Origin: Crocosphaera subtropica ATCC 51142
GTDB lineage: Bacteria; Cyanobacteriota; Cyanobacteriia; Cyanobacteriales; Microcystaceae
Reading direction: 5' to 3'
Length of the DNA stretch: 32,000 bases
Assembly: GCF_000017845.1 (NCBI RefSeq)
Contig: NC_010546.1
Location: 210,001-242,000, forward strand
Below the pieces are notes generated by a model. The model ran no database searches. It saw nothing but the letters and a program-made list of their open reading frames with translations, and was not told the origin of the DNA. Position numbers and translations under genes: made by a program. Below, piece after piece: positions 9,022-17,800 of this stretch (within the stretch, counting starts at the first letter, position 1; the number at the start of each line of letters is the position of its first letter).

Positions 9022-9089
9022 ATAGCGGCCTTGGATGTTTAATTGTTTAGGACACACAGACTGTAGATTTTCTCAGATTCCATAGTCTC

Positions 9090-10526
9090 TCATTGAGTTG
9101 ATTTGACCCGCACTACAATTAAAGTCATATCATCGCTATTATTATGTCCTGAGCCAATAAATGCTTTAATTTGCTTAAACAGGTAATCAAGAATGTCTTG
9201 AGGACTATCATAGCGTTGACATCCTTCTTCAAACACTTTGATCAGATTTTCTTCATCAAAGCGTTGCCCTTTTTGATTAACTGCATCGGTAAAGCCATCC
9301 GTATAGTATAGGATGGTATCCCCAGGAGCCAGTTGGGTTTGCCCGTCTTCGTATTGAGAATTGGGATCTAATCCAATTAACATCCCATCGGTATCGAGTT
9401 TTTCAATGGTTTGGCTTGCTGTTTGCCATAGTAAAGGAGGATTATGGGCTGCATTACTATAGGACAGTATTTTTGTTTGGGGATCGTATTCCGAATAAAA
9501 TAAGGTAACAAATCGATGAGAATTATCTAAATCAGCATACATCACGCGATTGAGATGTTGAAGAATTCTAGCCGGGGAATGACGGTTTAGCACTTCTGCT
9601 CTTAACATTCCTCTCGTCATGGTCATAATTAAGCCAGCAGGAACTCCTTTCCCCATGACATCCCCGATGACAATGCTCCAAGGAACGGAGGTGGCTTGAT
9701 CGCCCCGTTTTATTTCTTGATCTTGACGTAATTGGTCATAATTGGTGGGGATAAAATCGTAATAATCTCCTCCTACTCGATTAGCGGTTTGACAACGGGC
9801 AGCTAGTTCTATCCCCTCAATAACAGGACATTGCCGAGGGAGTAAGCGTAGCTGAATTTCTGAAGCAATTTCTAGTTCTCTATCTTGTCTTTCTTTAGAA
9901 CGTAATTCTACGGTTAATTCGTTATTAGCGATGGCAACTGAGGTTTGATCGGCGACTAATTGCAGTAATTTTCGTCTAGTTTGGGTCCATACATATTCAG
10001 GGTCGCTACTAAAGACATAAATTCGCCCCCTTTCAATGTTTTTAACTAAAATCGGGGTGCTATAGAGCCTTATTCTTTTTCCTAATGCTTGACGAATTTT
10101 CTCATCTAAACATAGGGATAATTCAGGGGTTGCTTGTTGATTATTGGTTTGGTCAATAATACTGTTAATGACTCCTCGAATTTCTTGAGCCATTTGATGA
10201 TCTTGACAATGTAATTGTTCAAGGGATATGTCGTTGGGACGTTTCGATAACATCAAGGCACTACCGTCAGCATCAGTGACTCGTGCTGCCATTAAAGGGG
10301 TTAGTTCTAAAAATTGATTGAGATTATTAAAACTTCGTAGAGCAAACCCCAGAGAACTTAATAGGTTTTGAATTTTATTTTGTTCTCGATACAAGCTAGC
10401 CACAAGTTCTTTAAGGGCAAATACTGGTGTAGACTCAGTTGATGGTTCACCTATCGGCCTGCGCATTTTAGAGGGAGGCTGTTGTTTCATTGACACAGCA
10501 GTCATGATATCAGGAGATGAGGACAT
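9090..10526 (-). CDS. GAF-domain PP2C (SpoIIE/RsbU-type) serine phosphatase
   Basis: The C-terminal half shows 'GGDYYDF', 'VIGDVMGKGVPAGLIMTMTRGMLRA', 'YSNAAHNPP', 'LYYTDGFTDA' and 'DDMTLIVVRV'. The N-terminal ~200 aa is GAF-like. Confidence 0.88.
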   Translation of the reverse strand: MSSSPDIMTAVSMKQQPPSKMRRPIGEPSTESTPVFALKELVASLYREQNKIQNLLSSLGFALRSFNNLNQFLELTPLMAARVTDADGSALMLSKRPNDISLEQLHCQDHQMAQEIRGVINSIIDQTNNQQATPELSLCLDEKIRQALGKRIRLYSTPILVKNIERGRIYVFSSDPEYVWTQTRRKLLQLVADQTSVAIANNELTVELRSKERQDRELEIASEIQLRLLPRQCPVIEGIELAARCQTANRVGGDYYDFIPTNYDQLRQDQEIKRGDQATSVPWSIVIGDVMGKGVPAGLIMTMTRGMLRAEVLNRHSPARILQHLNRVMYADLDNSHRFVTLFYSEYDPQTKILSYSNAAHNPPLLWQTASQTIEKLDTDGMLIGLDPNSQYEDGQTQLAPGDTILYYTDGFTDAVNQKGQRFDEENLIKVFEEGCQRYDSPQDILDYLFKQIKAFIGSGHNNSDDMTLIVVRVKSTQ

Positions 10527-10758
10527 TGATTGACAACCAAAATGATTTTCTCTATCCTAGACCCTGAGATTTTCAAGAGGATTGATCGTCTCCCTATGGT
10601 TCAGAGCATAGTAGGTTGGACAGACTGGGGTAACGTAAGTACCAATTTCCCAGATTTGAAAATTCCTTACTCGAATCAGGGCTGGTTAATAATAACGTTA
10701 ATTGACGAATCTGCCAAGAGATTTCTGTAAAAATTTTAGTTTTTTGGATAAAAAATAT

Positions 10759-10783
10759 GGAGACTTGATTTGCTCAAGCCTCC
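10759..10783 (-). terminator. Intrinsic terminator of the coiled-coil gene
   Basis: Stem ggagacttga/tcaagcctcc pairs 9 of 10 bases. It is followed on the minus strand by ATATTTTTTATCC. Confidence 0.65.
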
Positions 10784-10809
10784 ATCTATCGTTTTTATTG
10801 TCCAAAATT

Positions 10810-12636
10810 TTAAGAGTAAGTCTGAGTTTTGGATGCTTCAACCATTTCTTCCATTAGAAAGGGATTGTCTCCATCTCCATTTTTGGCACTGGTATCCTCA
10901 AAAATATCATCCCATTCTCCGTCGTTTTCTGAGTTGAAGGAGTCAGATGATTCACTTTGAATGTTTTCGTCCGTTTGTAATAAGTTCAAAAATTCTTCAT
11001 CCGGTGTTTCGTTTTCTTCCCCTAACAGTTCAGCAAAGGGATCATTGGGATCAATCTTCGGATTATCACTATCGGACTCGAAAATGTCAGCAAAGGGATC
11101 ATTGTCATCGTTGGCAAGGGTTTCTTGCAAATGATGGGATGTTTCTTCGGAGGTTGGCATCATTTCTAAGAAGTCTTGATCGTCACTGACTGTTTCTTCT
11201 GTCAACAAATCCCTTAATACTTCAGTGTCATTACTGTTGTTATCATTGGAGGCATAACTGTCACTATTTTCTTCTTCCCAAATAGAATTATTTTCCATAC
11301 TGGGATTGAAATTAGGATCTTGAGCAACAGTTTCTTTAGAAGAACTGAATTCATCTAAAAAGTTATCGGTATCATCTTCAAACTCATCAAGTTCTTCAAC
11401 TGAGTCCTCATTACTAACTTCATTTAACTCGTTTAAGAAGTTATCGGTATCATCTTCAAACTCATCAAGTTCTTCAACTGAAGCCTCATTACTAACTTCA
11501 TTTAACTCGTTTAAAAAGTTATCGGTATCATCTTCAAACTCATCAAGTTCTTCAACTGAAGCCTCATTACTAACTTCATTTAACTCGTTTAAGAAGTTAT
11601 CGGTATCATCTTCAAACTCATCAAGTTCTTCAACTGAAGCCTCATTACTAACTTCATTTAACTCGTTTAAGAAGTTATCGGTATCATTTTCAAACTCATT
11701 AAGTTCTTCTATAGAATCTTCTGTATCTAAGGAAATTTCATCAACATCTAATTTATTTTCAATGACTTCTTCTTCAGAAAATAATTGTTGAGTGTTTTCT
11801 TGTTCTATATGGAGTTCTTCTTCGTTAGCTAACTCTTCAAAAGCAGCCACTCCTTCAGCCATTCCATTTAATTCTGCAACTTCAACGTTTACTGTTTCAT
11901 CAGTTTCTATCTCAGAGGATGGGGGGACAATGACTTGTTGTTGTAAGGCATGAATTTCTTGTTCATGAGATTGTTGCAATTCTTGAATTTGGGCTTGATA
12001 AGTAGATTCAATCTCTTGAATTTGAGTTTGATGAGTCTGCTCTATTTGTTGTTGCTGATGTTGATGAGTGTTTTCTAAATCAGCGATCACTTGTTGATGA
12101 TCTTGTTGTAATGCTTGAATCTGTTGTTGTAATTCTTGAATCTGAGTTTGATGAGTCTGCTCTATTTCCTGGATAGGTTGTTGTGTTTCTTGTACATTCT
12201 GGTAATGAGCAATATTTGCTTCTAATGCTTGAATTTTAGCTTGATAAGACTGTTCAAGTGCTTGAATTTGCCCTTGATAAGACTGTTCAGTTTCTTGAAT
12301 TTTAGTTTCTAGCTGTTCAAGTTCTTGCACACGAGAGCTTAAGGATTGTAATTCTGCAATTTTGGTGTGAGCTTGAGTTAATTGTTCTTGTTGCGCTAGA
12401 TTTTTCTCCTCCATAGCTTGGAGTTTACTTTGATACATTTGTTCGACTTCTTGGAGTTGAGCCGGAGCATCTTGTAATTCTTGTAGTTGGTTTTCTGCTT
12501 GTCGTAAAGCGTTTTCTGTTCGTTCAAGTTTACTTTCTGTGCTTTGTAGCTTACGCTTAGCACCCGAAGAACTTAAAAAATAAGTGGCGATCGCGCCGAC
12601 TAATAAACTTATAACGATTGCAATACCAATTTCCAT
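10810..12636 (-). CDS. N-terminally membrane-anchored Gln-rich coiled-coil protein with a hyper-acidic repeat-containing C-terminal half
   Basis: The ATG at 12636 has GGAG about 10 nt upstream and starts 'MEIGIAIVISLLVGAIATYFLSSSGAKRK' (TM helix, then positive charges). About 230 aa of heptad-like Q/E/L sequence follow, then a D/E/N-rich tail. The open frame continues upstream to an ATG at 12837 and a TTG at 12906, so the start is uncertain. Confidence 0.7.
   Translation of the reverse strand: MEIGIAIVISLLVGAIATYFLSSSGAKRKLQSTESKLERTENALRQAENQLQELQDAPAQLQEVEQMYQSKLQAMEEKNLAQQEQLTQAHTKIAELQSLSSRVQELEQLETKIQETEQSYQGQIQALEQSYQAKIQALEANIAHYQNVQETQQPIQEIEQTHQTQIQELQQQIQALQQDHQQVIADLENTHQHQQQQIEQTHQTQIQEIESTYQAQIQELQQSHEQEIHALQQQVIVPPSSEIETDETVNVEVAELNGMAEGVAAFEELANEEELHIEQENTQQLFSEEEVIENKLDVDEISLDTEDSIEELNEFENDTDNFLNELNEVSNEASVEELDEFEDDTDNFLNELNEVSNEASVEELDEFEDDTDNFLNELNEVSNEASVEELDEFEDDTDNFLNELNEVSNEDSVEELDEFEDDTDNFLDEFSSSKETVAQDPNFNPSMENNSIWEEENSDSYASNDNNSNDTEVLRDLLTEETVSDDQDFLEMMPTSEETSHHLQETLANDDNDPFADIFESDSDNPKIDPNDPFAELLGEENETPDEEFLNLLQTDENIQSESSDSFNSENDGEWDDIFEDTSAKNGDGDNPFLMEEMVEASKTQTYS
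11361..11735 (-). repeat. 78-nt in-frame tandem repeat, about 4.8 copies
   Basis: Unit starts lie at 11361, 11439, 11517, 11595 and 11673, the last copy being degenerate. The unit encodes EASVEELDEFEDDTDNFLNELNEVSN. Only a few substitutions separate copies. Confidence 0.9.
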
Positions 12637-12926
12637 AAAATTTATCTCCAAAGTTTGGGTTTGGTTATGGTTAATATTCCCAGAATTCCCATGGTAATTA
12701 ACAAGCGACTCTAACTTCGGCTCTTCTTTGTTTCCAGCAATCCCGACACTAGGCTTGTTGACTACTTCTATCATCGCGAATTTGTCCAACACTGTCTTAG
12801 TTTTGTTAGAAATCTTTTCAGAGTCATGAAGAAGCATGAAAGGGTTTGGCAGTAGAACCCTTAATAAAACTAAACAATTCGTTAAGATTAAGATAGAGTC
12901 AATCAACTGAGTAAGATGTTTCGTTT

Positions 12927-13934
12927 ATGAACCTAACCCTAAATCGTTCTAGTTCCCTAAAGTCTTCTTTGCTACTCATTTCCCCATTTTTCCTCTGGGG
13001 GACAGCGATGGTTGCCATGAAGGGGGTTCTATCCCAAACTACCCCATTTTTTATGGCAGGGATTCGCTTAGTTCCTGCGGGCATTCTTGTGTTATTGGTG
13101 GCATGGTGGTTAAAACGGCCTCAACCACAAGGAGTGAAAGCTTGGTTATGGATTAGTCTGTTTGCTTTATTAGATGGGGCTATGTTTCAAGGATTTTTGG
13201 CCGCAGGTTTAACAGAGACGGGGGCTGGCTTAGGATCGGTGATTATTGATTCACAACCCTTAGCTGTAGCCTTACTATCTTCTTGGTTATTTGGTGAAAT
13301 TATCGGATTTTGGGGTAGTGTTGGCTTAGGTTTTGGCATTTTGGGAATCAGTTTAATCGGACTGCCAAAAGAGTGGTTTGATGCTTTATTTTATGATCAA
13401 ACCCTTGCTATCACATTTAATGGTTCGGACTTGTTAAATAGTGGAGAGTTGTTAATGTTATTAGCTTCTCTGTCTATGGCTGTAGGGACTATTTGCATTC
13501 GTTATGTTAGTCGTTATGCCGATCCCATTGTTGCCACTGGTTGGCACATGATCTTAGGAGGCATTCCCTTATTTTTTATTTCTGGAATGTGGGAGTCGAA
13601 TCAGTGGACAGCGATTAATTTACAGGGTTGGTTATCCTTAGGATATTCTACTATTTTCGGAAGTGCGATCGCTTACGGAATTTTCTTCTATTTAGCGTCT
13701 AAAGGAAATTTAACCAGTTTAAGTTCTTTAACTTTTTTAACTCCTGTGTTTGCTTTAAGTTTTGGTACTTTATTTTTAAATGAAGTTCTCACATCTTGGC
13801 AATGGATGGGGGTTAGTTTAACCTTAATCAGCATTTATTTAATCAATCAAAGAGAAACGATAGGAAAACAATTACGTTACCTTCGTGTTAAAGGTTTACT
13901 ATTTTCTAAACGAACATTAGGTAAGCTTTCATAA
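12927..13934 (+). CDS. EamA/DMT-family transporter
   Basis: About 10 predicted TM segments in two halves. 'SPFFLWGTAMVAMK' and the overall pattern are typical of EamA-domain proteins. Confidence 0.85.
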   Translation: MNLTLNRSSSLKSSLLLISPFFLWGTAMVAMKGVLSQTTPFFMAGIRLVPAGILVLLVAWWLKRPQPQGVKAWLWISLFALLDGAMFQGFLAAGLTETGAGLGSVIIDSQPLAVALLSSWLFGEIIGFWGSVGLGFGILGISLIGLPKEWFDALFYDQTLAITFNGSDLLNSGELLMLLASLSMAVGTICIRYVSRYADPIVATGWHMILGGIPLFFISGMWESNQWTAINLQGWLSLGYSTIFGSAIAYGIFFYLASKGNLTSLSSLTFLTPVFALSFGTLFLNEVLTSWQWMGVSLTLISIYLINQRETIGKQLRYLRVKGLLFSKRTLGKLS

Positions 13935-13980
13935 ACTATTTTGTTTTCCTGACCAACAGTTAAATCAAGGAGTAAAGTTT

Positions 13981-14235
13981 ATGGGAAAAAGACCTGAACT
14001 GGAACCAGAAACTATCAGTCGTATCATTGAAATGGCTTGGGAAGATAAGACTCCGTTTGCTGCCATTGAAATACAATATAACCTTTCGGAAAAAGAGGTA
14101 ATTGCTTTAATGCGACGAGAGATGAAAGCCTCTAGTTTTAAGATGTGGCGAAAACGAGTTTCGGGACGAAAAACCAAGCATATTCACCAACGTGATTTTT
14201 TAGTGGGTCGCTTCAAATCAAGCAATCAGAAATAA
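13981..14235 (+). CDS. TIGR03643 / DUF2805 family small protein
   Basis: 'ISRIIEMAWEDKTPFAAIEIQYNLSEKEVIALMRREMK...FKMWRKRVSGRKTKH' matches my memory of the family. AAGGAG SD lies 8 nt upstream. Confidence 0.7.
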   Translation: MGKRPELEPETISRIIEMAWEDKTPFAAIEIQYNLSEKEVIALMRREMKASSFKMWRKRVSGRKTKHIHQRDFLVGRFKSSNQK

Positions 14236-14266
14236 TTGTTTCTAGTTTTTTATTAATATATTGATT

Positions 14267-14734
14267 ATGACTAATTCTATGGCAAATAAATCGCAGAATT
14301 CTGTAGAATCTTCTTGGAAAGTCAAGCTACTTTATGATGGAGATTGTCCTTTATGTATGAGAGAAGTTAGATTTTTACAGAAAAAAGATCAGGGAAAAGG
14401 TCTAGTAAAATTAGTTAATATTGCTGAGGATAATTATGATGCAAATAAACATTGTAGTGTTGATTATAAGTCAGCAATGGGAAGAATTCATGCTATCTTA
14501 CCTGATGGAACAATCCTCAGAGATGTGGAGGCATTTCGTTATGTTTATGAAGTCTTAGGAATGGGTTGGGTTTATGCTATTACGAAGCTTCCCATAGTAG
14601 GCAAAATTGCTAATTGGGTATATGGTATTTGGGCAAAATTAAGACTTCCTTTAACGGGAAGACCTAATCTAGAAACAATTATTGCTGAACGAGAAGCTAA
14701 GGAAAAATGTCACTCGAATGTTTGTAAACCTTAA
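14267..14734 (+). CDS. DCC-family thiol-disulfide oxidoreductase (DUF393)
   Basis: 'LLYDGDCPLCMREVRFL' is the DxxCxxC signature of the family. The first ATG is at 14267; the track start at 14261 is TTG. Confidence 0.8.
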   Translation: MTNSMANKSQNSVESSWKVKLLYDGDCPLCMREVRFLQKKDQGKGLVKLVNIAEDNYDANKHCSVDYKSAMGRIHAILPDGTILRDVEAFRYVYEVLGMGWVYAITKLPIVGKIANWVYGIWAKLRLPLTGRPNLETIIAEREAKEKCHSNVCKP

Positions 14735-14824
14735 GTTTTTTGGGATATTAATTTTAGACATCAAGCTTAAGATAATTGTCATGTAATAAAGTTTTATTCT
14801 TGAAAATAAATTCTACTGGTTATT

Positions 14825-14853
14825 AAAAAAAAGCCCGTAAATACGAGCTTTAA
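14825..14853. terminator. Possible bidirectional terminator between the DCC gene and the Calx-beta gene
   Basis: AAAAAAAA-gcccgt-aaat-acgagc-TTT. The stem has one C/A mismatch. Confidence 0.4.
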
Positions 14854-14878
14854 ATTGTTCATATAAAAGATTTGTCCA

Positions 14879-17800
14879 TTAAACAAAAGCAAAATTGTTG
14901 CTATTTATGTTTAAAGTATTTGTGTTTTTAACAATCCCTACTAATTCATCTTCCATACCAGCAACTTTGAGGAAAATTCCTTGATCATTGGTTCCAGAAG
15001 GAGAAGATGCGATGTAATAATCATCAGCTAAACCGTGTAATTGAATGATATCTTGATCAAGATCAAAATCAGAAATTTCTGTATAATCTTGTTGTCCATA
15101 GTTATCATAAAATGATTCAACTTCGTTACCTAGGACAAAAACATCTCCATTAATAGTCCCTGTTTTAGTATCAACTAATCCAGTTAAAGAATCGAATGAT
15201 CCGGTTAAGTTACCGCTTCCTTCAATGGCGAAGAAATTGATATCTTCAGTGGTATGATTAGTTTCACTATCGTTACTGGTATCTTCTTCAACCATAATCT
15301 GAACATTACCATTAGTAAGATTTTGATACCTTAATCCTGAAGAATCAGGACCATCGTAAGTTGCAATATTACCTAAGAATTTAGGAGCATTGATAAAGTT
15401 ATTTCCAAAATCAATGGTATGCCAGTTATGGGTTACTTGATTGCCAGTATTTCCTGCTATAAATCCATTACCATCCCAATTGCCTTGACCGGAAGAAATC
15501 GCTAACCAAGCAATAGTTTCTGAACCATGTCCACTGTTCTTAAATGCTTCTTCTTCTTCTAAAGCCACTTCAAATCCATTATTAGTGGCATTATTTTGAC
15601 GAGTTCTGACAAAAGTTGCATCATTATCCGTTTGAACTTGAGTTAATATTACTGGAGTATTGGTAAAGTTGTGATTGAAATTAATGGTTTCCCAACTTGA
15701 AGTAGTGGTTCGGTCCGTCGTAACATTACCAACTTCGAGAATACTCCCATCAGAAAGTTCCCAAATTCCCTGTTCAATGACTAAGAAACTAAATGTTTCA
15801 GTGGTATGGTGACCACTATGGGAATTACCATTAATTAGAGTCGTTTCTTGAAGTTGGACTGAGAAACTATTACTTTGAATATCAGTAATTCTGATAGTAG
15901 AAGGATCTGCACCATTACGAGATAAAGGTTGAGCAAAAATGACGGGATTAATAAAGTTATGATCGAGGAAAATGGTTTGACTTTCGTGGTTTAAATTAGT
16001 AACTTCACCAATTTCGGCAATGATAGCATCATTATCAATAATCTCAACGGTAGTCGTATTCTGAGTCCCTATGACATAATTATCATAAGGTTCATCGGCT
16101 GCAATAATTTCTAACTCAAGGGTTTCAATTCCTTCAATCAAAGAATCATTATTTAACCCAATTTCAACAAATTGACGAGTTTGACCATAATTAAAGTAAA
16201 TTTTCCCATAAAGATAGTCATAATCATCACCAGCAGTAGCCGTTCCTCCTAACACATTGAGATTGACTATAGACTCAAAACTTAAATCTCCACTTCGGAT
16301 AACTTCAACGACCATCGTATATCCTTGGTCTTCGTTCAGGGTATAAGAAACTGACCCAAATTCAACTGTGGGTGAATTATCTAAAATTTCAACCGTAGTT
16401 GTAGCATTTTCTCCTAATTCAATGGCTGGATTATAAGGGTCATCGACTAACTGTAATTGGAAGGTTTCAGTTCCTTCTAAAGTCCAATCATTGGGAACTT
16501 CAATATAAAGGGTTTGACTGGTTTGTCCATAATCAAAGTCCACCATAAAGTTAGGAAGATAAAAGTCAGAAAAGTCAGCACTTCCTTCAATAATGTCAAA
16601 ATAAGCGGTGGTATAGGTATCGATATTTCCGCTACGAGTGATAGTAACTTCTAGTTGGTTAAAGTAGGGGTCATCTTGTTCAAAAGTGACATATTTAGCG
16701 GATTCAAATTCAAGATAGGTAGTTTGTTTATCTAAAATTTCAACCGTAGTTGTAGCATTTTCTCCTAATTCAATGGCTGGATTATAAGGGTCATCGACTA
16801 ACTGTAATTGGAAGGTTTCAGTTCCTTCTAAAGTCCAATCATTGGGAACTTCAATATAAAGGGTTTGACTGGTTTGTCCATAATCAAAGTCCACCATAAA
16901 GTTAGGAAGATAAAAGTCAGAAAAGTCAGCACTTCCTTCAATAATGTCAAAATAAGCGGTGGTATAGGTATCGATATTTCCGCTACGAGTGATAGTAACT
17001 TCTAGTTGGTTAAAGTAGGGGTCATCTTGTTCAAAAGTGACATATTTAGCGGATTCAAATTCAAGATAGGTAGTTTGTTTATCTAAAATTTCAACCGTAG
17101 TTGTAGCATTTTCTCCTAATTCAATGGCTGGATTATAAGGGTCATCGACTAACTGTAATTGGAAGGTTTCAGTTCCTTCTAAAGTCCAATCATTGGGAAC
17201 TTCAATATAAAGGGTTTGACTGGTTTGTCCATAATCAAAGTCCACCATAAAGTTAGGAAGATAAAAGTCAGAAAAGTCAGCACTTCCTTCAATAATGTCA
17301 AAATAAGCGGTGGTATAGGTATCGATATTTCCGCTACGAGTGATAGTAACTTCTAGTTGGTTAAAGTAGGGGTCATCTTGTTCAAAAGTGACATATTTAG
17401 CGGATTCAAATTCAAGATAGGTAGTTTGTTTATCTAAAATTTCAACCGTAGTTGTAGCATTTTCTCCTAATTCAATGGCTGGATTATAAGGGTCATCGAC
17501 TAACTGTAATTGGAAGGTTTCAGTTCCTTCTAAAGTCCAATCATTGGGAACTTCAATATAAAGGGTTTGACTGGTTTGTCCATAATCAAAGTCCACCATA
17601 AAGTTAGGAAGATAAAAGTCAGAAAAGTCGGCACTTCCTTCAATAATGTCAAAATAAGCGGTGGTATAGGTATCGATATTTCCGCTACGAGTGATAGTAA
17701 CTTCTAGTTGGTTAAAGTAGGGGTCATCTTGTTCAAAAGTGACATATTTAGCGGATTCAAATTCAAGATAGGTAGTTTGTTTATCTAAAATTTCAACCGT

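Noticed and set aside
10530-10730. 66-aa plus-strand ORF (TTG start, internal ATG at 10542) filling the PP2C upstream region
   Set aside because: No SD, no recognisable motif and a non-protein-like sequence. The region is more simply the promoter/5' UTR of the phosphatase gene plus the terminator of the coiled-coil gene. A real small protein cannot be fully excluded.
12637-12906. Upstream extension of the coiled-coil ORF (TTG at 12906, ATG at 12837) and a 7-bp hairpin aagggtt/aaccctt near 12839-12861
   Set aside because: The extension has no family features. The ATG at 12636 has a GGAG SD and yields a classic N-terminal membrane anchor. The hairpin has no T-run on either strand. I kept this as start-site uncertainty, not a feature.
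12899-14177. Minus-strand ORFs 12899-13084 and 13965-14177
   Set aside because: They are antisense overlaps with the EamA transporter and TIGR03643 genes, with no supporting signals.
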